In this document: piece after piece, positions 43,290 through 56,683 of the stretch
Layout of the letters: each line of letters begins with the position of its first letter
Numbering within the stretch: the first letter of the stretch is position 1
Origin: an uncultured Thermoplasmata archaeon
Lineage (GTDB): Archaea; Thermoplasmatota; Thermoplasmata; RBG-16-68-12
NCBI GenBank assembly: GCA_963768855.1
Contig: CAVYJM010000006.1
Location: 928,001 to 992,000 of the forward strand
Direction of reading: 5' to 3'
Length of the DNA: 64,000 bases
The notes under the pieces: model-generated
Told to the model about the DNA's origin: nothing
What the model saw: only the letters and a program-made list of their open reading frames with translations
Database searches by the model: none
Position numbers and translations under genes: made by a program

Positions 43290-44411
43290 GTGGACTTCCC
43301 GTTCCCCGTGAAGGAAGTGGCCGAGGGCCGCGCACACCTGCTCGTCCCGGACGTGCCGCGCCGCAAGGGGCCCGGGGCGAAGGGACCCTACCCGTTCTAC
43401 AATCCGACGATGACCGTGAACCGGGACCTGAGCGCGATTGCGCTCGCGAAGTGGCCCGGCCGGCCGACGCGGATCCTGGACGGCCTCGCCGCGACCGGCG
43501 CGTGGGGCATCCGGATGGGCCTCGAGACCGGGGCGACGGACCTGGGCTTCGTCGACATGTCCGCAGACGCCGCGGAGCTCATCCGCGAGAACCTCCAGCG
43601 GAACGGGCTGAAGGGCGAGGTGTTCCATGGAGACCTCCGAAGCCACCTGACCCGGATGCCCTACGACTACGTGGACATCGACCCGTTCGGGCCGCCGACC
43701 CCGTTCCTGGGCCACGCCCTCCACGCCGCTCGGACGCCCTCCGGACTGGGGATCACCGCCACGGACACGGCGCCGCTGTGCGGCACCTATCCGAAGACCT
43801 GCCAGCGTCGCTACGTCGCGCGGCCGCTGCGGTGCGAGCAGGGCCACGAGATCGGCCTTCGGATCCTCCTGGGCTACGTCGACCGCGTCGCGCAGGTCCA
43901 TGGCAAGGTCATCCGACCGCTCCTGTCCTTCGCGGCGGAGCACTTCTTCCGGATGCACTTCCTCGTCCTCGACGGATTGCAGGAATCCGCCCCGGGCCTC
44001 GGGTACTACCTCCGGGACCGGGAGGGCAGCTTCCAGCGCGTGGACGCGCGGGAGCCCGAGGCAATCGGTCCGCTGTGGACGGGACCCCTCGGCGACGCGG
44101 AGTTCGTGCGGTCCCTGACGTCGTCCGAATGGACGTCCGCCGCGGGCGCGCGCCTGCTCGACACGCTGCAGGGAGAGGTCGACCTGCCCCCGTTCTTCGT
44201 GACGACGGACGAGATCGCGAAGCGGATGCACGCGTCTCCGCCAAAGTTCACGCGCTTCCTAAAGTCCCTGCGCGATGCGGGGTTCCGCGCCGAGCGCACG
44301 CACTTCCATCCCCGCGGGGTCAAGACCGACGCGCCCCACGAGGAGATCCTGCGGGCGTTCCTGCGCGCCGCGCCTAGCGGACCCACGGGTGGTTCAGCGC
44401 CTTCCAGCTGA
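43290..44411 (+). CDS. trm1: tRNA (guanine-26-N2)-dimethyltransferase
   Basis: FYNPTM...NRDLS, LDGLAATGAWGIR, VDIDPFGPP, TATDTAPLCG, HEIGLRILLG, IGPLWTG. Confidence 0.93.
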   Translation: MDFPFPVKEVAEGRAHLLVPDVPRRKGPGAKGPYPFYNPTMTVNRDLSAIALAKWPGRPTRILDGLAATGAWGIRMGLETGATDLGFVDMSADAAELIRENLQRNGLKGEVFHGDLRSHLTRMPYDYVDIDPFGPPTPFLGHALHAARTPSGLGITATDTAPLCGTYPKTCQRRYVARPLRCEQGHEIGLRILLGYVDRVAQVHGKVIRPLLSFAAEHFFRMHFLVLDGLQESAPGLGYYLRDREGSFQRVDAREPEAIGPLWTGPLGDAEFVRSLTSSEWTSAAGARLLDTLQGEVDLPPFFVTTDEIAKRMHASPPKFTRFLKSLRDAGFRAERTHFHPRGVKTDAPHEEILRAFLRAAPSGPTGGSAPSS

Positions 44412-45246
44412 AGCCGAACGCGGCGCTGCTCTCCGTCGCGTAGTGGTACAGGCACGTGACGAGGATCCCGTGGACCACGGACCACAGGGCCATGAGGACG
44501 AGCCACACCAGGAAGGCGAGTCCGACGCCGAGGTAGCCCCCGTCTCCGAGGACGCTCCACAGGAACGGGACGAAGCCGGCGAGCCAGAGCAGGAGGAAGA
44601 CGACGCCGGTCCCGAGGACCCCGCTCGGATGCGAACCCCAGCGCTCCCGGACGAGGTCCCGACTGCGGCGGAAGCCGCGCATCGGGCCGACGTCCTCGAT
44701 CGTCATCGTTGGCAGGACGAACACGCTGGCGATCGGCCAGGGGTTTCCGAGCACCCGCGCCTGGATGCGGCCCGCCTGCTCCCACCGAAGGGACGCCAGC
44801 CGGAGGAAGACGCCGAACGTCGCGGCGAAAAGGCTCCAGGCGACGAGGCGGACGAAGGACCGGTTCGCCGCTCGGAAGCCGTCCGAGACGGTCGGGCGCT
44901 GACCCCGGAGTCGCTCGTCGGCGGCTCCGATGATGGCGGCCATGAAGTACGTGCAGAGGAAGTAGGTGATCAGGTAGGCCGCGAACATCTCCTGGTACAC
45001 GAACGTGCTCGATGCCGAGGTCACGGAGAATCCCAGGACCCAGCCGCTCACGAACACGAGGAGCCAGACGAACCCGCTGAAGACGAGGGCGAGGAACGGG
45101 AGGGCGAGGAGCTGCGGGTCCTTCACGAGGACGCGGAGGCTGGTCCAGGTGAGATGGATGCCCCGCGCGAACTGCGCATGAACGCCAGAGGGTGCGCGCT
45201 CGGAACGCTCCGCGTGACCCCAGGTGGTCGACTCGTTCGAGTGCAT
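44374..45246 (-). CDS. Membrane protein (DUF6159-like)
   Basis: SLRVLVKDPQLL, LVAWSLFAATFG, IEDVGPMRGFRRS. Confidence 0.72.
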   Translation of the reverse strand: MHSNESTTWGHAERSERAPSGVHAQFARGIHLTWTSLRVLVKDPQLLALPFLALVFSGFVWLLVFVSGWVLGFSVTSASSTFVYQEMFAAYLITYFLCTYFMAAIIGAADERLRGQRPTVSDGFRAANRSFVRLVAWSLFAATFGVFLRLASLRWEQAGRIQARVLGNPWPIASVFVLPTMTIEDVGPMRGFRRSRDLVRERWGSHPSGVLGTGVVFLLLWLAGFVPFLWSVLGDGGYLGVGLAFLVWLVLMALWSVVHGILVTCLYHYATESSAAFGFSWKALNHPWVR

Positions 45247-45286
45247 CCGACCGCTTCAAGCGAGGGGACGCGTCATAAAGATGTTG

Positions 45287-45991
45287 TCAAAGGGGCGGGT
45301 CGTCCTCGGGGGATTCATCGAGACGCTGTTGCTCCCGCTCGTACTTGGCGCGGACGAGCTTGACAATCTCGGCGGCCTTGATGTCGCCGATCTTGGCGAC
45401 CTTCTTCAGTTCCTCCTCGGACGCGTTGAAGACCGTCTGCACGGATCCGAAGTGCTCAAGCAGATTCCGCGCGAGGGTCTCTCCGACGCTGGGCAGCCCC
45501 TCGACCAGGAAGCGCTGACGCTGGTCGAGGCTGAGTCCCTTCGGTTTGTGCCGCAGGCCGTACTCCGCGGCGCCTTTGTCCTGCCGCTTCCAGAGCACGC
45601 TCAGCAGGAGCGCGGTCTGGTCCTTGTCCGCGGTGCTGAGCACGGGCACGTGCTCCGTCGTCTCGATCGCGAGGAGGGCGCCGAGGATGGCCTGGGGGTG
45701 GCGGAAGGTCGAGATCTCCGACAGGTCGCCCTCGAGGATCAGGAGGGGCTGGGGATAGGCCTCCCGGAGCCGGAGGACCTGTTCGAAGAGCCGCTTCTTG
45801 ACCATGCTGCTGAAGAAGTCCTGGAGGGCCTTGCGTTCGATGCCGATTGGCCCGAGCACATAGTCGCCGGGTGCAATCTTCTTGATCTCGAACTCGACCC
45901 CAAGGGCGCGCAGTTTCTCCGGGATGTCCTCGGGCTCGTTCGAGTCCACGATCAGAGGGGCTCGCGCCACGGATCCAACGAAGCTGGCCAT
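45287..45991 (-). CDS. Short XPF/ERCC4-domain structure-specific nuclease with HhH motifs
   Basis: IVDSNE, GDYVLG, GIERKALQDF, LILEG, VEGLPSVGETLARNLL, IGDIKA; start uncertain (45991 or GTG 45970). Confidence 0.9.
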   Translation of the reverse strand: MASFVGSVARAPLIVDSNEPEDIPEKLRALGVEFEIKKIAPGDYVLGPIGIERKALQDFFSSMVKKRLFEQVLRLREAYPQPLLILEGDLSEISTFRHPQAILGALLAIETTEHVPVLSTADKDQTALLLSVLWKRQDKGAAEYGLRHKPKGLSLDQRQRFLVEGLPSVGETLARNLLEHFGSVQTVFNASEEELKKVAKIGDIKAAEIVKLVRAKYEREQQRLDESPEDDPPL

Positions 45992-46122
45992 CGGTGTAAA
46001 GATTCCGGTGGGGTGGGCGGCTCCCTCGTTCCGGTCAACCTTTCCGGGCTTGCGTAGGAGCATCGAGAGCGAGTGTCACGTTGCCGTAGGTCCGTAACCT
46101 TTGAATCTCCCCGAGGCGTTAC

Positions 46123-46923
46123 ATGTCCTGGTGGAGAGATGCAGTCACAGCAGCCTCGGGCCGAGCCTCGGATTCGATCCGACCGGTGCCTGCGATGGCC
46201 GTTGCTGCCATTCTCGTGACCGCGATGGTCGCGCTTGTCGCGTTGGTCTGGTATCCGACGACGCAGCAGCCCGCCATCACGTTGACGGACGCGAAGTTCG
46301 TGCCGACGGCCAGCTGCGTGCTCATCAACGGCTGGTACGGAAACCGGTACGATTGGTCCTTCACGCTCGTGAACAGCGGTGCGGCGGATGGGTATGCCTC
46401 CGCGGAGTTCTTCCTCGACGGAAACCCGATGGGCTACCTGCCGTTCCTGGTCGGCCAGCACACACAGGCCACGGAGACCGGCAGCACGATCGGAAATCTC
46501 TATCGAACCACCGCGGAGTGTGGAGTGCCGGAAACCCTCACCGTGTCCCTGGCTTCCGTGGCGCGCTCTCCCGCGATCGACGAGCGGACGCTCATCCAGG
46601 CGACGGTGAGTCCGCTGTCCACGTTCATCCTTGTGGGGCTGATGCTTGGTATTCCGAACCTCCTCGCTCACCGTCGCGGGCTCTCCATCTTCAAAGACCT
46701 CGGAGCAGCCGGCTGGCGTCCTGCGTTCCTCACCGTCTTCGCGGCTCTGCTGCTCTCCGGTGTTGTGACGTTCATCTTCACGACCCCGTACAACTACCCG
46801 CTCGATTGGACCCCCGCCATCTTATATGGGGCGGTGGTCGGTTCAATCGGCGTCGCGATCTTCATCGTGGCGTGCCGTGCTGTCCTTGCGGGAGGCGGCC
46901 GCGACCGAACCCTCGGATCCTGA
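46123..46923 (+). CDS. Membrane protein with an extracellular domain
   Basis: N-terminal TM helix, beta-rich soluble region, three C-terminal TM helices. Confidence 0.7.
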   Translation: MSWWRDAVTAASGRASDSIRPVPAMAVAAILVTAMVALVALVWYPTTQQPAITLTDAKFVPTASCVLINGWYGNRYDWSFTLVNSGAADGYASAEFFLDGNPMGYLPFLVGQHTQATETGSTIGNLYRTTAECGVPETLTVSLASVARSPAIDERTLIQATVSPLSTFILVGLMLGIPNLLAHRRGLSIFKDLGAAGWRPAFLTVFAALLLSGVVTFIFTTPYNYPLDWTPAILYGAVVGSIGVAIFIVACRAVLAGGGRDRTLGS

Positions 46924-46970
46924 CCAGCGCTCCCGCTCGTCCAGAGAACGAATCGCGGGAAAATCACGGG

Positions 46971-47007
46971 TACCGATCATATGCCTTCCTGTTTGACGGC
47001 TAAGCCG
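46971..47007 (-). other. 3' arm of the 23S pre-rRNA processing stem (BHB)
   Basis: Complementary to 50251-50286; forms a GACG/CGTC helix with 3-nt bulges. Confidence 0.85.
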
Positions 47008-47033
47008 CCAACGCACCACCGACGGGTGCTAGT

Positions 47034-50242
<3,209 letters not shown>

Positions 50243-50250
50243 TGACCTGT

Positions 50251-50286
50251 CGGCTTAGCACACGTCCAGGATGCATATGATCGGTA
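50251..50286 (-). other. 5' arm of the 23S pre-rRNA processing stem (BHB)
   Basis: TACCGATCATATGC...TCCTG GACG TGT GCTAAGCCG pairs with 46971-47007. Confidence 0.85.
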
Positions 50287-50483
50287 TCAGCGGCGCGCGG
50301 TGCGTGCGGAGCTTGACGCTCCTCCCGCGGCCTCTACCTCTTCCCCGCCGAACGTCCCGCGAGCGTCGGGGGTGCACGCGATCTCCCGACCTAAAATGGG
50401 GCGCTTATACGACGCGGAGCCCAGGGTCGCAGAGAGCTTTCATCCTTAGGCGAGGGAACTACTTAATGCTTGCGACGGTAGGC

Positions 50484-50717
50484 TCACGGGCTCCGTCCGC
50501 CACCGTAGTCGGAGCCCAGGCGCTTCCAGTGCGACCGGACGAGCGCCCACTCCACGCCGAGGGACGCGGCCATGAGGGCGGCCCCTGCCAAAACGAGGGT
50601 CTCCACGGACGCCAGGCCCACACGCCATTCGGAGAGGAGGGCGAACGCGCCCAGGATTCCCGCGAGGAGCGCCGCCTCCCGGAGAAAGAGATGGATCGCC
50701 AGCTTCCGCCGGCTCAT
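50484..50717 (-). CDS. Small membrane protein
   Basis: Two hydrophobic helices in 77 aa. Confidence 0.6.
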   Translation of the reverse strand: MSRRKLAIHLFLREAALLAGILGAFALLSEWRVGLASVETLVLAGAALMAASLGVEWALVRSHWKRLGSDYGGGRSP

Positions 50718-50728
50718 GGGCGCCGCAA

Positions 50729-51430
50729 TCAGGCGCTCACCCCGGGCATCTGGACGATCCGCGCCTTGCCGCGGCTCACAAGGATCTCCGCGATCGTCTT
50801 GGGCAGGGTGACCACGTCCTCCTTCTTCAGCGAGTACGTGGTGTCCAGGCCCGCAAAGGGAGGCAGGTCCTCCAGGACGTGCACAACGACATGGTCCTTC
50901 AGGCTCGGGGCGATCTTGGGCTTCTTCGTCTCCTCGCTGGAGACGACCTTCATTCCAGACGTAACCTTCCGATCGGGTGGGGTCGAGGGCCCCGCCGTGG
51001 GCTCGGTCGCGGGCCGTTGCGCGTCGGGCTCCCGCCCGAACGGCGAGCCGCCGAAGGCCTCGGCGCGCGTCTGCACGAGGAGCGCGACCATGGCGTCGAA
51101 CAGCACGCGGTCCTGATGGGGGAGGGTCATCACCTCGATCTCTGCGCCGCTCGCCCGCCCGGACGCTAGGAGCGCGAGCTTCCGCTCGCGGTAGGTGAAG
51201 ATCTGGTCGCGGCGCTTGAGGACCTTCCGCAGCTCGTCTTGGAGCATGAGGGCTTTGGGGGAGTTCGGGTTCGCCTGGGCCTCCTTGCTCGCTCCCTCCT
51301 CGAGGCGCTTGACGTACTCCGCGAGCTTGTCGTAGAAGTCCTGCTCCAGGGCGACGAGGGTCTTCTTCCCGCTTTCCTCGCGGTAGACCTTCGTCACGCG
51401 CTCGAAGTTGACCTCCTCTTCTCCAGGCAC
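50729..51430 (-). CDS. DNA replication complex GINS family protein (Gins51-like)
   Basis: LVALEQDFYDKLAEY...RERKLALLA (A domain); VHVLEDLPPFAGLD...DVVTLP...LVSRGKA (B domain). Confidence 0.85.
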   Translation of the reverse strand: MPGEEEVNFERVTKVYREESGKKTLVALEQDFYDKLAEYVKRLEEGASKEAQANPNSPKALMLQDELRKVLKRRDQIFTYRERKLALLASGRASGAEIEVMTLPHQDRVLFDAMVALLVQTRAEAFGGSPFGREPDAQRPATEPTAGPSTPPDRKVTSGMKVVSSEETKKPKIAPSLKDHVVVHVLEDLPPFAGLDTTYSLKKEDVVTLPKTIAEILVSRGKARIVQMPGVSA

Positions 51431-51525
51431 AGCGACGTTATCCCGAGGCGGATATAAGACGCCGTCGCCCGGCTCTCCCGGGAGGCCGGAAGGCATATCC
51501 CCCGCGTACCGATAGAGAGGGTCCG

Positions 51526-51855
51526 ATGAGCGTCCACCGGCCTCCGGCCGCGGTGGTTCGGGACGACCCGTCGACCGGTCTCGTCCTGGTCGACGTGGTC
51601 GTCACGCCGAGCGCCGCCCGCACCGAGATCCGGGGCACGGACCCCTGGCGGCACGGGGTCGTGTTCCGCGTGGCGGCGAAGCCCACGGAGGGCGCGGCGA
51701 ACGCCGAGCTCCTGCGGTTCCTCGCCGTTCGGCTCGACCTCCCGCCGTCCTCGATTCGCCTCGTGGCGGGCCGTCGGAGTCGCCGAAAGACCATCGGGAT
51801 CCAGGGGCTTGCGAAAGAGCGGATTGAGGAGCGACTGGGACTGAGGGGCCGTTGA
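51526..51855 (+). CDS. DUF167/YggU family protein
   Basis: VTPSA...VFRVAAKPTEGAANAEL...GRRSRRK. Confidence 0.88.
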   Translation: MSVHRPPAAVVRDDPSTGLVLVDVVVTPSAARTEIRGTDPWRHGVVFRVAAKPTEGAANAELLRFLAVRLDLPPSSIRLVAGRRSRRKTIGIQGLAKERIEERLGLRGR

Positions 51856-52362
51856 TGGACTACGTCAGCGATCCACGAGGACCTCGAGCGCGTCCTCGAC
51901 GACCTGATCGAGAAGAACCGCGTCGCTCCGATCATCGTCGAGGGCGAGTACGACCGACGGGCCCTCGTGGAGCTGGGCGTCCACGGGGACATCCGGGTGC
52001 TGAACCGTGGGAACTCCGTCCTGGGGCTGTGCGAGGCGATCGCGCGCGAGTACCGCGAGGCGATCATCCTGACGGACTGGGACGTGCGGGGCGGGCGGAT
52101 CGCGCGGCAGTTGCGGGACGCCCTGACCGCGAGCGGCGTCCGCTACGACGACGAGCTCCGGGCGCGCCTGACCATCCTCTGCCGCAAGGACATCAAGGAC
52201 GTGGAGTCGCTCCACCGGTTCGCCGAGCGGATCGAGGCCCTCGCGGCCTCCGGGGAGCAGCAGCGTCCCTCCAAGCGGTTCTACGCAGAGCGGGTCCGCC
52301 GCCGGGACGACCGACGACGCTCCAAGGGCGCTCGTCCCTCGCGCGATCGGAAGGCCCCCTAG
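51855..52362 (+). pseudogene. Small stand-alone Toprim-domain protein with a 1-nt insertion near 51867 (likely assembly error)
   Basis: IIVEGEYDRRAL...IILTDWDVRG Toprim motifs; ATG 51855 is in frame only if A51867 is removed (MDYVAIHEDLER...). Confidence 0.7.
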
Positions 52363-52391
52363 CCCGTGGGACGCCTCGAACGGATCCGGGC

Positions 52392-53018
52392 CTACCGGGT
52401 CCGGCGCGAGCCCCCGGTCCAGACGTCGTCCGTCCGCCCGATGGACGCCACGAGCCTCTCCACGATGAGATAGAACGGAACGACGAGCGCCAGGAACAGG
52501 ATGGTGAAGGGGAGGCTCAGCAGAATCCCGAGGACCGTGACGCCCGCCCCGGCGACGAGCGTGCGGCGACGAGGAGCGAGCCGATGGCTCCCAATCTCGG
52601 CCACGACGGAGAGAACCAGGAACGCGAGAGCCCGGAGGTACAGGAGGGCGTCGGTCATGTACGGGGCGAGCCACGGCAAGTGCTGCGGGACCGGCACGCC
52701 CTGGATCCAGTAGAACAGGACATCCTCCCACCCAGCGAAGAGAACCGCCGCCAGGGGAAGCCACCAGTGCCTCCGGAACACGAACAGCGTCGTTAGGGGG
52801 AAGATGATGTACCAGGCGGCGATCCAGAAGAACCCGATGTCCTGGGACCCCGCGAGCGGATGGGGAAATGCCCGGACGACCACAATGTAGTCGAAGACGG
52901 CCCACAGGACCGTCCACAGGAGCGTGGCGAGATACAGCAAGACGACATGGCCGCCGCGCGTGCGGGCGAAGGCTTCCAAGGACCGCTTCGCCGAATTCCA
53001 TTGGGATTCGAGGGTCAT
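52392..53018 (-). CDS. Multi-pass membrane protein
   Basis: About six hydrophobic segments; WEDVLFYWIQG motif; start uncertain. Confidence 0.65.
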   Translation of the reverse strand: MTLESQWNSAKRSLEAFARTRGGHVVLLYLATLLWTVLWAVFDYIVVVRAFPHPLAGSQDIGFFWIAAWYIIFPLTTLFVFRRHWWLPLAAVLFAGWEDVLFYWIQGVPVPQHLPWLAPYMTDALLYLRALAFLVLSVVAEIGSHRLAPRRRTLVAGAGVTVLGILLSLPFTILFLALVVPFYLIVERLVASIGRTDDVWTGGSRRTR

Positions 53019-53337
53019 CCGGGCGGCATCCTTCGCGCGGGCAGGCGGCTCAGGCCACTTCAAGCCGGCGACGCTCCGCTTAGCTCTTCGCAGGGCCCCG
53101 GGAAGCCGGAGCCGAGGGTCGTGACTCGACCTGATACCAGGCAACCTCACATTTAAATAGGGCCGGCTCCAGTGACGAACTGGGATAGCGGTCCAACCGC
53201 GCTTGATCGATCCCACTCATCCGAATCCTCCTTTCACTCCTCCCGACGAGGGAGCTGCGAAGCGTGCCCTGCGGGGCGCCAGAGCCGTCCGGATAGGCGG
53301 GACGTGGCAGCGGCGGACGCCTCCCGGAACGTGAAAT

Positions 53338-54690
53338 ATGAACATCGATCCGAGTACAACCAAGTACATGATCCAGGCCCGCCTCGAGGCGGAGGGCATC
53401 GTTGAAAAGCCCGACGTCGTCGGCGCGGTATTCGGCCAGACCGAGGGTCTCCTCGGCGAGGAACTGGACCTGCGAGACCTGCAGAAGAGCGGCCGCATCG
53501 GCCGCATCGAGGTCGACGCGCAGAGCAAGAAAGGCCGGACGGAAGGGACCATCCTGATCCCGTCGTCCCTGGACCAGGTCGAGACCTCGATCCTCGCGGC
53601 CGCCCTCGAGACGATCGACCGCGTGGGACCGTGCAAGGCCTCCATCAAGGTGGAGAAGGTCGAGGACGTCCGCATCTCGAAGCGGAACAAGATCATCGAG
53701 CGCGCCCGGCAACTCCTGTCCTCCATGATCGAGGAGTCGAAGACGAGCGGGACGGACCTCCTTGACGAGGTCCGCGGAAGCGTGACGGTCGCCGAGATCG
53801 TCTCCTTCGGTGCTGAGCGCCTCCCGGCCGGCCCCAACGTCGCGGACAGCGACGCGATTATCGTGGTCGAGGGACGGCAGGACGTGTTGAACCTCTTGCG
53901 CAGCGGCATCAAGAACGCCGTTGCGGTCGAGGGGACCAACGTGCCCAAGACGATCCAGGAGCTCTCCAAGGAGCGCGCGCTCACGGCCTTCGTCGACGGA
54001 GATCGCGGCGGCGACCTCATCCTGCGGGAACTGCTCCAGGTGGCCGAGGTCGACTTCATCGCCCGCGCCCCGCGCGGCAAGGAGGTCGAGGAGCTGACCC
54101 AGAAGCAGATCATGAAGGCCCTGCGGAACAAGATTCCCGCGGACCAGTACATCGAGATGTACGGCCTCTCCGGCCAGGTCTACAAGCCCGAGTCCGAGTT
54201 CCCCGAAGCGCCCGGTGCACCGGGTGCGCCGAAGGCCGCCGAGGCACGCCCCGAGCCCCGCGGCGAGCTCCGACCGGAGCCTCGCGAGGGTCGTGAGCCG
54301 AGGGAATCCCGCGAGCCGCGCGAACCGCGTGAGCCGCGGGAGCCCCGCGAAACCCGCGAACCCGCGCCCCTGACGCCCACGACGAAGGCTCTGAACCCGA
54401 AGCTCGAGAAGTACCGGGACATGCTGCTCTCCATGGGCGGATCCTCCAGGGCCCGCCTGCTCGACGACGGTGACAGCGTGGTCGCCGAGGTCCCCGTCCG
54501 GGAGCTCGTCGAGACGCTCAAGACGTCGAAGCAGACCCGCGCCCTGATCTTTGACGGGATCATCACGCAGCGGATCCTCGACATCGCATCCGAGATGAAC
54601 ATGCACTCCGTCGTCGGCACGAAGATGGGCACGATCACGAAGCAGCCCGCCGGCGTCGAGGTCTGGACCCGCAGCGACCTCTCCGCGTGA
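53338..54690 (+). CDS. dnaG: Archaeal DnaG-type primase/exosome-associated protein
   Basis: VEKPDVVGAVFGQTEGLLG, LQKSGRIGRI, IIVVEGRQDV, AFVDGDRGG, ARAPRGKEVEEL, FDGIITQR. Confidence 0.96.
   Translation: MNIDPSTTKYMIQARLEAEGIVEKPDVVGAVFGQTEGLLGEELDLRDLQKSGRIGRIEVDAQSKKGRTEGTILIPSSLDQVETSILAAALETIDRVGPCKASIKVEKVEDVRISKRNKIIERARQLLSSMIEESKTSGTDLLDEVRGSVTVAEIVSFGAERLPAGPNVADSDAIIVVEGRQDVLNLLRSGIKNAVAVEGTNVPKTIQELSKERALTAFVDGDRGGDLILRELLQVAEVDFIARAPRGKEVEELTQKQIMKALRNKIPADQYIEMYGLSGQVYKPESEFPEAPGAPGAPKAAEARPEPRGELRPEPREGREPRESREPREPREPREPRETREPAPLTPTTKALNPKLEKYRDMLLSMGGSSRARLLDDGDSVVAEVPVRELVETLKTSKQTRALIFDGIITQRILDIASEMNMHSVVGTKMGTITKQPAGVEVWTRSDLSA
54253..54366 (+). repeat. Degenerate 9-nt coding tandem repeat encoding (R-E-P)n in the DnaG linker
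   Basis: EPRGELRPEPREGREPRESREPREPREPREPRETREP. Confidence 0.85.
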
Positions 54691-56239
54691 ACGAGGTGGC
54701 GCCCATCGCCCGGTCCAAGCTGCTCACCTCGGACGAGGGGTTCTCCCTCAACGAGCTCGAGAGCACCGCGGATATCCTGATCCCCGACGACCCGATGAAG
54801 CGGGTCATCGGTCAGGACGAGGCGGTCAAGCTCGCGCGCGTGGCGGCGAAGCAGCGACGGCACTTCCTCTTGGTCGGGCCGCCGGGCACGGGCAAGTCGA
54901 TGATCGCGCAGGCGCTCTCGCTCCATCTGCCTCCGCCGTCACGGAGGAGATTCGGATCGTCCACAACCCGGAGAACCCGGAGCGGCCGCTCGTCGAGGTC
55001 CGCCGCCGGGACGAGGTCCTGGCGGAGGAGAGCCGCATGGCGGGCGCCGAGGGCGACCTGATCGATCCGAAGGAGGCGCCGATCAACGTGGCCGAGCGCC
55101 TCGGCTACAAGTGCGTCCACTGCGGCACCTACTCTTCCCCGACGGAGAGGATGTGCCCGAAGTGCTCGCGGCCCAAGATGGTGGCCCAGGGCAACAACGC
55201 GGGCAACCCATTCGGCGACCTGTTCAGCGGGATCTTCGAGGTCACCCTGGCCCAGATGGGCGGACGCGACCGGGTCACGACGACCCGCAACCAGTTCGGA
55301 AAGGAGGAAGTCGTCGTGTACGAACGCGCGGGCGACATGATCCGCGTGCTGGACCAGAAAGCCCTCGAGAAGCGGCGCGAGATGGAGAAGGAGAGCCCCC
55401 GCAAGGTGCTCGTCCCGATCACCCGCAGCCCGTTCGTCCTGTCCACGGGAGCGAGCGAGACCGAGCTCCTCGGGGATGTCCGCCATGATCCGTACGGAGG
55501 CCACCCGCAGCTCGGCACGCAGCCCTACGACCGCGTGGTCGCCGGCTCGATTCACGAAGCCCACCAGGGCGTCCTTTTCATCGACGAGCTGCCCCAGCTC
55601 GGCCACCTACAACGGTACATCCTGACCGCGATGCAGGAGAAGCGCTTCCCGATCTCGGGCCGCAACCCGCAGAGCGCGGGCGCGAGCGTCAAGGTGGAAA
55701 GCGTGCCTTGCGACTTCATCTTCGTCGGCGCCTGCAACATCCAGGACCTCCCCCACATCCTCTCGCCCCTGCGCTCCCGCATCAACGGCGGGGGCTACGA
55801 GGTCCTCGTCGAGACGACGATGCCCGACACGGAGGCGAACCGCGCCAAGCTCGCCCAGTTCGTCGCGCAGGAGATCGCGATCGACAAGCGCATCCCCGCC
55901 GCGAGCGCCGAGGCCGTCAGCGTCGTGATCGAGGAGGCCCATCGGCGCGCGAAGATCCTGGACAACCAGGACAAGTCCCTCACCCTCCGGCTGCGGGAAC
56001 TCGGGGGCCTGATCCGCTCCGCCGGCGATATCGCGGTCACGGAGGAGTCGGGCGTCATCGAGGCGGATCACGTGAAACGCGCGATCAAGATCGCGCGGAC
56101 GATCGAGGAGCAGATCAAAGAGCGTTACGGCTCCTATTCGGCGGGAGTCGGCACGGACATGTCCGCGGCCCAGAAGGAATCGTCCCCCTACCACTACTGG
56201 AACGTCCACGAGGGCGACGACGTCCAAGGCTACCAGTGA
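54687..56239 (+). pseudogene. LonB-like AAA+ ATPase without a protease domain, with a Zn-ribbon insert; 1-nt deletion near 54933-54937
   Basis: VIGQDEA, GPPGTGKS; then in the shifted frame VTEEIRIVHNPENPERP, CVHC...CPKC, DVRHDPY, IHEAHQGVLFIDE, VPCDF, LRSRINGGGYE, LRELGGLIR. Confidence 0.8.
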
Positions 56240-56248
56240 GTCCGCGGC

Positions 56249-56683
56249 TCACAGTGACTTGAGCATCTTGTATCCGTCCTCGCCGTCCGTGTAGAAGCTG
56301 GGCAGGACGTAACCGATCTCGAACCCGTACTTCTGATAGAACCGGATGCCGCCCTCGTTGGACCGTCGCACCTCGAGTTCGATGCGGCGGATCCCCTTCA
56401 TGCCGCAGTTCTGGAGGAAGACGTTCATGACCTGCGTGCCGATCCCGCGCCCCCGGAACCCCGCGGCCGTCGCGAACATGAGCACGCGGGCCTGCGCGTC
56501 GGCGGAAACCACCGCGGCGAGGAAGCCGACGGGGTGTCCGTCCAGATCCGCGATCAGGAACCCCTCCCGCCACCAGCGGTGGATGTCGAGGTACAGGGAG
56601 GTCGGGTAGTTCTCCCGCAGCGCCTCGCGGACGATCGACGCCACCGCGGGGATGTCGTTCGGGATGAACGGCCGGATCTGCAA
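56249..56683 (-). CDS. RimI/Ard1-like GNAT N-acetyltransferase
   Basis: TTG start; FRGRGIGT, LEVRRSNEGGIRFYQKYGF...FYTDGEDGYKM. Confidence 0.9.
   Translation of the reverse strand: MQIRPFIPNDIPAVASIVREALRENYPTSLYLDIHRWWREGFLIADLDGHPVGFLAAVVSADAQARVLMFATAAGFRGRGIGTQVMNVFLQNCGMKGIRRIELEVRRSNEGGIRFYQKYGFEIGYVLPSFYTDGEDGYKMLKSL

Noticed and set aside
54253-54366. Tandem repeat considered as a CRISPR or mobile-element repeat
   Set aside because: It is a degenerate 9-nt in-frame coding repeat without spacers. No CRISPR array, transposase or integrase was found anywhere in the window.
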